From assembly GCA_963813415.1 (NCBI GenBank), contig CAWEYW010000008.1:98170-162169 (forward strand): a DNA stretch of 64,000 nucleotides. Reading direction: 5' to 3'. The position numbers were made by a program, and so were the translations under genes. Positions 23,520 to 31,245 of the stretch are shown piece by piece. The notes under the pieces were generated by a model. It did no database searches, was not told where the DNA came from, and saw only the letters and a list, made by a program, of their open reading frames with translations. Position 1 is the first letter of the stretch, and every line of letters starts with the position of its first letter. Source of the DNA: an uncultured beta proteobacterium (GTDB lineage Bacteria; Pseudomonadota; Gammaproteobacteria; Burkholderiales; Casimicrobiaceae).

Positions 23520-24029
23520 TCAGTCCAGCTTGCCGATGAAGTCGGCCTTGCCCAGCTCGACGCCGTTGTGGCGCAGGATCGCGTACGCCGTCGCCGCGTG
23601 GAAGAAAAAATTCGGCAGTGCGAACTGCAGCAGGTAGTTGATGCCCGTGAAGTGGTGCGGCTCGCCGCGGATCGGCCGCACGATCTCCCGGCCTTCGGAC
23701 CCGTCCACCTGGGCGGCCTTGATCGTGCGCAGGTAATCGAGCGTGCGCTCGACGCGCGCCAAGAGATCGGGAAAGCTGGCCTCCTTGTCTTCGAAGGACG
23801 GGGGCTCGGTTCCCGCCAGGCGGGCCGCGGTGACGCGGGCGAAATCGGTGGCGATCTGCACCTGCCGGGTCAGATTGAACATGTCGGGATACAACCGGCA
23901 CTGCAGCAGCACCGTGGGGTCGATCTTGCGCATTTCCGCATGGTGCGCGGCCTTCTCCAGCGTGGCCTTGAGGGCGGTAAGTGTCTTGGTGAACACGGGC
24001 ACCGAGGCCTGATACATCGAGATCGTCAT
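23520..24029 (-). CDS. DUF1993 domain-containing protein
   Basis: Trimmed to ATG 24029 (AGGAGG upstream). MTISMYQASVPVFTKTL...NFFFHAATAYAILRHNGVELGKADFIG. Confidence 0.8.
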   Translation of the reverse strand: MTISMYQASVPVFTKTLTALKATLEKAAHHAEMRKIDPTVLLQCRLYPDMFNLTRQVQIATDFARVTAARLAGTEPPSFEDKEASFPDLLARVERTLDYLRTIKAAQVDGSEGREIVRPIRGEPHHFTGINYLLQFALPNFFFHAATAYAILRHNGVELGKADFIGKLD

Positions 24030-24322
24030 GCGTCCTCCTGGAATGGGCCGCCATTCTACGCGAGGCTTGCGTGCGCTCCGCAGCGCGTCCTGTCCTGCAT
24101 CAAGCAGAGTGCGCGCTGGATCGTGTAATCTGCGCCGGTCATGACAGTGCTCATCACGGCAGTGCACCGCCGCCCGCCGATCGCGGCGCGTGACACAGGC
24201 GGGTCGCGGGTCGGGGACGTCGCGCGCCTCGTCGCCGAGCGCGGGCAAGGCCTGGCCGATGTTCCCGAAGCGGTGTGGCAATTGCGGTGGTCGTTGCTGC
24301 AGCTGGCCGGCGCGGTGTCGTG

Positions 24323-24640
24323 ATGCGCCGCGCTGCACTGGGCACGCTCATCGCCTGCGCGGGCGCAACCGCGGCCGCGCAAGTACCGCAGCTCACCGAG
24401 CACGAAGGCGCGGTGCTGTATGCCACCCACTGCCGCGCATGTCATACGACGCAGGTGCACTGGCGTGACGCAAGGAAAGTGAAGGACTGGCCAGGTCTCG
24501 TCGCCGAAGTGCGCCGCTGGCAGCGCAATCTCGACCTCGCGTGGAGCGAGGACGAGATCCGGCAGGTCGCGCACTACCTCAACCTGCTCCATTACCGGTT
24601 TGCGCCGGCAGTGCCGCGGGTCCTTGCGCAGCGGCCGTAG
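24323..24640 (+). CDS. small secreted c-type cytochrome-like protein
   Basis: Trimmed to ATG 24323. Signal peptide (AALGTLIACAGATAAAQ) and a single CRACH haem-binding motif. Confidence 0.55.
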   Translation: MRRAALGTLIACAGATAAAQVPQLTEHEGAVLYATHCRACHTTQVHWRDARKVKDWPGLVAEVRRWQRNLDLAWSEDEIRQVAHYLNLLHYRFAPAVPRVLAQRP

Positions 24641-24694
24641 GAATACGCGGTGCGCACCGTGGGTGCAGCACCGCGCAGTAATGCGCCGCGCTCG

Positions 24695-25882
24695 CTACAT
24701 GCGCTCGATGATCCCGGCGATGCCCTGGCCGCCACCGATGCACATCGTGATCAGCGCGTAGCGTCCGCCGGTACGCTGCAGCTCGTACATCGCCTTCACG
24801 GTGAGGATCGCACCGGTCGCGCCGATCGGATGGCCGAGGGCGACCGCGCCGCCGTTCGGATTGACTCTCGCGGCATCGAGGCCGAGCTCCTTGCTGACCG
24901 CGAGGGCCTGCGCTGCGAAGGCCTCGTTGGATTCGATCACGTCGATGTCGGACAGCGACAGTTTCGCGCGCGTCAGGGCGCGCTTCACCGCCGAGACGGG
25001 ACCGAGCCCCATCACCTTCGGGTCCACGCCGGCGTGACCGTAAGCGACGAACCGCGCCAGGGGCTTGAGCCCCTTCGCCGCTGCCGCGCCGGCTTCCATC
25101 AGCACGAGCGCGGCCGCCGCGTCGTTGATGCCCGATGCGTTGCCGGCGGTCACCGTGCCGTTTTCCTTGACGAATGCCGGCTTGAGCTTCGCCATGCTTT
25201 CGGCGCTGGACTCGGCCTTGACATGCTCATCGGTGTCGAACATCACGGGCCCCTTGCGGCTCTTGAGCTCGATCGGCAGGATCTGCTCCTTGAAGCGCCC
25301 TTCGCTCGCGGCTCGCGCGGCCCGGCGGTGGCTTTCGACGGCAAAGGCATCCTGCTGGTCGCGCGTCACGCCGCACTTGTTGGCGACGTTCTCCGCGGTG
25401 ATGCCCATGTGCACGGTGTCGAACGGATCGGTCAGGGCGCCGACCATGGCGTCGAACACCTTGCTGTCGCCCATGCGCGCGCCCCAGCGCTGGGTCGTGT
25501 TCATGTAGGCGGCACGACTCATGCTTTCGGCGCCTCCCGCTACTGCAGCATCGACGTCGCCGAGCAGGATGTACTGTGCTGCGGAAACGATCGCCTGCAT
25601 CCCGCTGCCGCAAAGACGATTGAGCGTGAGGGCCCCGGTGTCGTGCGGCAATCCGCCGTTCACGGCCGCCACGCGCGAGAGGTACATGTCCTTCGGCTCG
25701 GTATGGATCACGTTGCCGAAGATGCACTGGCCGATGACGGTCGGATCGACGCCCGCACGGCGCACGGCCTCGCGCACCACCCGCGCCGCGAGCTCCGTCG
25801 GCGGGATGTCCTTCAGGCTGCCGCCGTAATCGCCAATCGCGGTGCGCACGCCACTCAGAATGACAACTTGTCGCTCGGTCAT
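24695..25882 (-). CDS. acetyl-CoA C-acetyltransferase (thiolase II)
   Basis: Trimmed to ATG 25882. NRLCGSGMQAI, NASGINDAAA, GHPIGATG, CIGGGQG. Confidence 0.95.
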   Translation of the reverse strand: MTERQVVILSGVRTAIGDYGGSLKDIPPTELAARVVREAVRRAGVDPTVIGQCIFGNVIHTEPKDMYLSRVAAVNGGLPHDTGALTLNRLCGSGMQAIVSAAQYILLGDVDAAVAGGAESMSRAAYMNTTQRWGARMGDSKVFDAMVGALTDPFDTVHMGITAENVANKCGVTRDQQDAFAVESHRRAARAASEGRFKEQILPIELKSRKGPVMFDTDEHVKAESSAESMAKLKPAFVKENGTVTAGNASGINDAAAALVLMEAGAAAAKGLKPLARFVAYGHAGVDPKVMGLGPVSAVKRALTRAKLSLSDIDVIESNEAFAAQALAVSKELGLDAARVNPNGGAVALGHPIGATGAILTVKAMYELQRTGGRYALITMCIGGGQGIAGIIERM

Positions 25883-26056
25883 GATCGCTCTCCTCGAAAC
25901 GGCCATCATACTGCTGCGCCGCGGCCGGGGACGTTGTGGGCCGTCAAAGTATGTGAGCGCCCGCGGAACTTAAACCGGCCGCTCCCTCACCAACGCCGAG
26001 CATGCCCGCCATCAACCGACCGCAGCGCCCCACCGGGCAGCACGCGGCAGCAAAAC

Positions 26057-26608
26057 ATGAGCCATGCCACCGAGGACCGCTGCACATCGGCGCTTGCCTA
26101 CTGGCGCTACGCGCATGAATACGTGCGTGCGGCGCAGGGTTTGCGCGCGCGGCATCACCTGACCTGCGCCGAGATGCAGCCGCTCTACCATCTCGCCGCG
26201 CAGGCGCTGGAGTTCGGCTTCAAGGGTTTCCTGCGGGCCCGTGGCGTCCCGGCGCGCGAAGTGCTGCACACCCATACGCACGCGCTTGGGACGTCCCTCG
26301 CTGCCGCGATCGCGCGCGGCTTGCCGCCGCCTTCTACGGAGCTGCGCGCTGCGGTGCGCCTGCTGGCGCCGCATCTGCGTCCGGAGGCGTTCGTCGCCTT
26401 GCGCGAGACCGAGCGCGACGATGTCCCCGATCTCGAGGCGCTGTTCGACGCGGTGCACTGGCTGCTCGATGCCATCGTGCCCGAGGTGGCCGCCGATTAC
26501 ACCAACCACTACGCGGGCAGCGGATCGCCCAGCACCGCCGCATTTGTCGTACGCCTGCGCGCCGACCTGAGCGCGTCGCGCAGCACGGCCGAGCCGCTGC
26601 CGGCCTGA
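26057..26608 (+). CDS. hypothetical protein (183 aa, predicted helical)
   Basis: Only the last 183 codons of track ORF 24650..26608 are used; the upstream part is antisense to thiolase. ATG at 26057. No motif recognised. Confidence 0.45.
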   Translation: MSHATEDRCTSALAYWRYAHEYVRAAQGLRARHHLTCAEMQPLYHLAAQALEFGFKGFLRARGVPAREVLHTHTHALGTSLAAAIARGLPPPSTELRAAVRLLAPHLRPEAFVALRETERDDVPDLEALFDAVHWLLDAIVPEVAADYTNHYAGSGSPSTAAFVVRLRADLSASRSTAEPLPA

Positions 26609-26777
26609 CGCCCTGACCCGGCGGCGCGCAGGCAGCCGGACGCACGCTGCGACGCTCAGCGCGCGGTGCGCGCCAGGGAACGGTTGCTTCCATCGTTGCA
26701 ACCGGGCGGAAGGTCGACTGCCGGCACCGGGTGCGGTGGTAGAGTGCGGCTCACCAGCGCCGACACGCGAGGTCAAC

Positions 26778-27257
26778 ATGAGCGAAACTGCGCAAGCATC
26801 ATCGAAATGGCGGCTGCGCGGCGTGCGCGTCGTGCATGCGGGCGAACTCGACACGAACACGCCGCAAACGCCCGGCATGAATCGCGCCGCTGCCATTACC
26901 CAGGCGCGCGCCGGGGCCGAGAAGCTGTGGGCCGGCACCGTGGTCATTCATCCGAACGCGAAGACCGGCGCGCATCACCACGGCCCGGTCGAGAGCGTGA
27001 TCTACGTGGTCAGCGGGCGGGCGCGCATGAAGTGGGGCGACCGCCTCGAGTTCACCGCCGAGGCCGGTCCCGGCGACTTCATCTACGTGCCGCCGTTCGT
27101 GCCGCACCAGGAGATCAACGCGCGGGAAGGCGAGCCCCTGTCGTGCGTGCTCGTGCGCAGCGGCCAGGACCCGGTGGTGGTGAATCTCGACATTCCGGCC
27201 GCGGAGCCCAACCCGGAGGAAGTGCGCTGGGTGGACGACATCCACCGCGCGCCGTAA
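26778..27257 (+). CDS. cupin domain protein
   Basis: Trimmed to ATG 26778 (GAGG upstream). GAHHHGPVESVIYVVSG...GDFIYVPPFVPHQEIN (two cupin motifs). Confidence 0.75.
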   Translation: MSETAQASSKWRLRGVRVVHAGELDTNTPQTPGMNRAAAITQARAGAEKLWAGTVVIHPNAKTGAHHHGPVESVIYVVSGRARMKWGDRLEFTAEAGPGDFIYVPPFVPHQEINAREGEPLSCVLVRSGQDPVVVNLDIPAAEPNPEEVRWVDDIHRAP

Positions 27258-27296
27258 GCCGCGGCCGGCCTGGCCGTTGCTGCACGGCAGCGATGC

Positions 27297-29105
27297 CTAC
27301 CGCTGCACGTCGTAATACTTCCACTGGTGCGGCAGGAACGGATGCTGCTTGTAGCCGGCGAGCCAGGGTTGCGTCAGGGTGTTGGCGTAGGGATAGTCGA
27401 CGAGGATCCACGGCGCGTAGTTGACGACGATCTCCGAGAGCCTGCGATAGACCGCGTTGCGCTCGTGGCCGTCGGGGAGCTTGCGTGCCGCTTCGTACAG
27501 CCGGTCGTATTCGGGCAGGCGCAGCCGCGCGTCGTTGGACGTGCCGATGTTCCGGCTGTACAGCACGCTGTAGAACGTGTCGCCATCGGCGATCGAGGCG
27601 ATCCAGCCGAGATTCCACATCATGAGCTGCCCCGCCTCGGACATCTTGTTGAGCTCGGGCCACTTGTTCTTGAGGAACGTGATCCGCACCCCGATCGCGT
27701 CCATGCTGCGCTTCCAGAACTCGTCGACCGCCCGGTCCGTGTTCGCGGTAGTCGAGCCCTTGACGAGCGTCAGCGGCTTGCCCTCGGGCGTCTCGCGGTA
27801 ACCGTCGCCGTCGCGATCGCGATAGCCGAACCGGTCGAGGAGCGCCCGTGCAGCCGCCGGGTCGAAGGCATTGCGCGCGGGCATGGTCGGGTCATGGCCG
27901 CTCACGCCCGGCGGCACGGGTTGGTCCGCCGGCAGCGCCTGCCCGTTCAGCAGCAGCCGTATGTAGGAGTCACGGTCGTACGCCATGCTGATCGCCCGGC
28001 GCAGCGCGATCTTCTCTTGCGTGTAGCCGCCGACGACGGGATCGTCGAGGTTGAAAAAGGTGAATCCCATGGACGGCTCGGCCTGGCGGTGCAGGCGCAC
28101 GCCGCGCTTGGCGAGCGCGGGCTTCAGCACGTCGCCGTCGAGCACCGTTTGCGCGAGCGTCGCGGGCACGCTGACGTAATCGAAGCCGCCGCTGTCGAAG
28201 GTGAGAAGCCGCGGCTGGCTTTCCTCGATGATGCGGATCTCCACGCGACCGACGATCGGCAGGCGCTTGCCGCGGTTCGCCTGCGCGATGGCGTTATCGC
28301 CGGGCTCGCTTCCGGCACCGGGTACGGGATAGGTTTCGCTGCGATAGCCGGGATTCGCCTCCAGCACGATGCGCTGGCCGCGCGTCCATTCCGCCAGCCG
28401 GTAGGGCCCGGTGCCGACGGGATGCTCCATGACGCGGTTCGATTCGTCCTTGTGCGCCTCGACGACCTCCCGCGCGACCGCCGCCAGCGCGCCGTAGGTC
28501 AGCCAGTGCACGAACACGTAGTCCGGCTCCTTGAAGCGGATGCGCAGCGTGTAGCGGTCGATCGCCTGCAGTCCTTCGATCTTCGCGTCGTAGTCGAAGC
28601 GCCCCGTCCTGCGCGCCTCCGCCAGCGGCCGGTCGAGCCCGAGCAGATGGTCCTCGAACAGGTACAGCCAGTACGAGCGCACCTTCGGGTCGAAGATGCG
28701 CTTGATGCTGTATACGTAATCCTCGGCGACGAGCTCGCGCCGCTGTCCCTTGAAGGCCGGATCGGCGGCGAAGTAGATGCCCGGCCGGATCTGCATCGTG
28801 TACGTGCGCCCGCCGTCCGTGATCACGGGCAGGTCCCGCGCGGTGTTCGGAACGATGCGCACCGGCCGCGCGAAATAGTCGTACGTGTACAGCGGATCGA
28901 AGATGGCGCTGCACACGTAGAACGAGTACGCGTCGCCGATCGCCTGCGGATCGAGGCCGGTCTCGGCCACCGGGAACGCCACGCGCAGGGTCTTCGCCAT
29001 GTCGGCGCCGCGTACCGTGGTGGCGCTCAGCAGCGTGCCCGCGGCAACGGCGATCGCCAGCATCGCGAGGATGCCGACCCGGCGCAGCGCGCGGAGGTGC
29101 GTCAC
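27297..29105 (-). CDS. ABC transporter substrate-binding protein, family 5 (peptide/opine/nickel type), no partner permease in window
   Basis: Trimmed to GTG 29105 (VTHLRALRRVGILAMLAIAVAAG signal). About 600 aa with typical family-5 length and composition. Confidence 0.85.
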   Translation of the reverse strand: MTHLRALRRVGILAMLAIAVAAGTLLSATTVRGADMAKTLRVAFPVAETGLDPQAIGDAYSFYVCSAIFDPLYTYDYFARPVRIVPNTARDLPVITDGGRTYTMQIRPGIYFAADPAFKGQRRELVAEDYVYSIKRIFDPKVRSYWLYLFEDHLLGLDRPLAEARRTGRFDYDAKIEGLQAIDRYTLRIRFKEPDYVFVHWLTYGALAAVAREVVEAHKDESNRVMEHPVGTGPYRLAEWTRGQRIVLEANPGYRSETYPVPGAGSEPGDNAIAQANRGKRLPIVGRVEIRIIEESQPRLLTFDSGGFDYVSVPATLAQTVLDGDVLKPALAKRGVRLHRQAEPSMGFTFFNLDDPVVGGYTQEKIALRRAISMAYDRDSYIRLLLNGQALPADQPVPPGVSGHDPTMPARNAFDPAAARALLDRFGYRDRDGDGYRETPEGKPLTLVKGSTTANTDRAVDEFWKRSMDAIGVRITFLKNKWPELNKMSEAGQLMMWNLGWIASIADGDTFYSVLYSRNIGTSNDARLRLPEYDRLYEAARKLPDGHERNAVYRRLSEIVVNYAPWILVDYPYANTLTQPWLAGYKQHPFLPHQWKYYDVQR

Positions 29106-29132
29106 GACGGCTATACTTTTCGAAGAGCGACG

Positions 29133-29510
29133 ATGGACATGCCCATGAAAGTGTACGGCATCGCGAATTGCAGCACGGTCAGGAAGGCCCGCACCTGGCT
29201 GGACGAGCACGGCATCGATTACGTCTTCGTCGACTTCCGCAAGACGCCGCCGGAGCGGGCCGCACTGCGGCGGTGGGTGGAACGTCTCGGCTGGGAGAAG
29301 GTGCTCAACCGGCGCGGCACCACGTGGCGCGGGCTCGATGCCGCGGTGCAGGCCCGCGTGACCGACGACAGGAGTGCGATCGACGCGATGCTCGCGCATC
29401 CGTCTGCCATCAGGCGCCCGGTGATCGAGCAGGGCGACGAGCTCCTGATCGGCTTCGAGCCGGCCGATTACGCGAACCTGCGTCGAGCGGGTGCGAAGCC
29501 GGGTGCCTGA
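29133..29510 (+). CDS. ArsC/Spx/YffB family reductase-like protein
   Basis: C-terminal part of track ORF 27327..29510. MKVYGIANCSTVRKARTWLDEHGI. Possible starts at 29133, 29139 or 29145. Confidence 0.85.
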   Translation: MDMPMKVYGIANCSTVRKARTWLDEHGIDYVFVDFRKTPPERAALRRWVERLGWEKVLNRRGTTWRGLDAAVQARVTDDRSAIDAMLAHPSAIRRPVIEQGDELLIGFEPADYANLRRAGAKPGA

Positions 29511-29521
29511 GGGCGCTGGCG

Positions 29522-29737
29522 ATGAACAGCAAGCAGATGCGTGAGCTCGTCGGCAGCATTGTCGCGATCACCATCACCGGCAGCGCGGGCGCGATCGCCG
29601 CCGGCGCTGCCGTGGCCGCGCTGGGCCTGACGGGCATCGTCGCGGCACTGGTCGCGGTGCCAATCGCGATGGCCGTCGCGGTCGCGCTGTTCGCGGCCGG
29701 GGTGCACCTCGGCAACATGGCGAGGAAGCGCTCTTGA
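29522..29737 (+). CDS. small Ala/Gly-rich membrane protein (71 aa)
   Basis: ATG 29522 within track ORF 29168..29737. Two hydrophobic segments. Its stop overlaps the next gene's start. Confidence 0.4.
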   Translation: MNSKQMRELVGSIVAITITGSAGAIAAGAAVAALGLTGIVAALVAVPIAMAVAVALFAAGVHLGNMARKRS

Positions 29738-30567
29738 TTCCGGCGGCGCAGCAGGAGGCGCTGGCCCGACGCCTCATCGACGCGTATGACCACGCCACGA
29801 CGCTGGCGCCGCTGACCATCGATACGCCCGAGCTCGATGTCGCCGCCGCGTATCGGGTGCTGGCAGCCATCGAGCGCACCCGCATGGCGCAGGGCTGGCG
29901 TCCGGTGGGACGCAAGATCGGGTTCACCAACACCACCATCTGGCCCCGCTACGGCGTCTACCAGCCCATGTGGGCGCACATCTGGGCCCACACGGTGCAC
30001 CACGCGCCGGACGGTGTCGCGACGCTCTCCCTCGAACGATTGGTGCAGCCACGCATCGAGCCGGAAATCGTGTTCGGACTGGCGGCGGTCCCGGTGCCAT
30101 ACGGTGAAGAGCCGGCGGACCTTCGCGCTGCGCTCGAAGCCATCGCCTGGATCGCCCCAGGCTTCGAGATCGTGCAAAGCCACTTCCCGGACTGGAAGTT
30201 CACTGCGGCCGACTGCACGGCCGCGTTCGGCCTGCATGGCGCGCTGGTCGTCGGGCCGCGCACGCCGCTCGACGCTGCCCGACGCGAGCGCCTGCTTCCG
30301 CGGTTGCCCGGTTTTCGCCTCACCTTATCCAAGCAAGGGCATGTTGCCGATGAGGGCGTCGGTGCCAACGTGCTCGGCGGCCCGCTACACGCGCTGCTGC
30401 ATCTGGCTCGCGTGATCGCCCGGCAGCCCGAGGCGCCGCCGCTCGCGCCGGGTGAGATCATCACCACCGGCACCATCACCGACGCGTGGCCCGTCGCCCC
30501 CGGCGAGACCTGGCAGAGCGACTACGGCGAGCTCGGTATTCCCGGCTTGCGGCTGACGTTCACCTGA
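29734..30567 (+). CDS. 2-keto-4-pentenoate hydratase-like (MhpD / fumarylacetoacetase-fold hydratase family)
   Basis: GRKIGFTNTTIW, RIEPEIVF, and C-terminal ITTGTITDAWPV. Confidence 0.8.
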   Translation: MIPAAQQEALARRLIDAYDHATTLAPLTIDTPELDVAAAYRVLAAIERTRMAQGWRPVGRKIGFTNTTIWPRYGVYQPMWAHIWAHTVHHAPDGVATLSLERLVQPRIEPEIVFGLAAVPVPYGEEPADLRAALEAIAWIAPGFEIVQSHFPDWKFTAADCTAAFGLHGALVVGPRTPLDAARRERLLPRLPGFRLTLSKQGHVADEGVGANVLGGPLHALLHLARVIARQPEAPPLAPGEIITTGTITDAWPVAPGETWQSDYGELGIPGLRLTFT

Positions 30568-31245
30568 CGCTGGCTCCAGCGCGGCCGTGACGACGTAACG
30601 CAGCGGTCCGCCCGGCGCGAGTGCGGCGAAGGGATAGCACGTGATGAGCGTCAGCCGCGACGGCGCGCGCGGCAGGGCGATGTCGCGGTAATCGACCACT
30701 GCCGCGCCCGTCACCCGATAGCGGCGGTGCACGCCGGCAGGTGTTTCGAGTTCGAGCACGTCGCCCACCGCGAGCGCGTGGAGGAAGCGGAAATGCGTAT
30801 CGCGATGTCCGGTGAGCACCACGTTGCCGGGCTCGCCGGGCGCCGCGGAGCCGTCGTGATGCCCCGGTCCGAAGGCGAGCGTGCGGCCGTTCGCGCCGGC
30901 AAGGACCAGGAGGTTCACGTCGTGGCCGGGGGCGACGAGTCGTGCGACCACATGCGTGTCGGCCCACGGCCATGGCCGCGGCATGGGCACGCCCGCACGA
31001 GCACGATCCCAGGCCACGCGCAGCAGGACCTGTGCCACGACTGCCTTGGTGCGCAGATAAGCGCCGTGGCCCAGGCTCATCGCGCCCGCAATCGCCATAA
31101 CGAGGGCCATCGCGGCGATCACGCGTGCGCGGCCGCGGACAGGGGAAGACTCGATCGTTGCGCGGCAGCCCTCCGGGGCCACGTTCATGCCGCGTCGCTG
31201 CAGGTGATCGACAGGTCCTCCCCTGTCCGCGGCAACCGCCATCAT
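30385..31245 (-). CDS. sortase, proteobacterial 'class GN' type
   Basis: N-terminal TM, VVLTGHRDTHF (His), TLITCYPF (Cys) and LRYVV (Arg). ATGA overlap with the target gene's stop. The last ~61 codons overlap the convergent hydratase gene. Confidence 0.85.
   Translation of the reverse strand: MMAVAADRGGPVDHLQRRGMNVAPEGCRATIESSPVRGRARVIAAMALVMAIAGAMSLGHGAYLRTKAVVAQVLLRVAWDRARAGVPMPRPWPWADTHVVARLVAPGHDVNLLVLAGANGRTLAFGPGHHDGSAAPGEPGNVVLTGHRDTHFRFLHALAVGDVLELETPAGVHRRYRVTGAAVVDYRDIALPRAPSRLTLITCYPFAALAPGGPLRYVVTAALEPASGERQPQAGNTELAVVALPGLAGGDGPRVGDGAGGDDLTRRERRRLGLPGDHASQMQQRV

Noticed and set aside
24650-26056. N-terminal part of the 652-aa ORF 24650..26608
   Set aside because: Antisense to the thiolase gene. 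Only the portion after ATG 26057 lies in otherwise unoccupied DNA.
27327-29132. N-terminal ~600 codons of the 727-aa ORF 27327..29510
   Set aside because: Antisense to the family-5 solute-binding protein gene. Only the ArsC/YffB-like C-terminal 120-125 codons are real.
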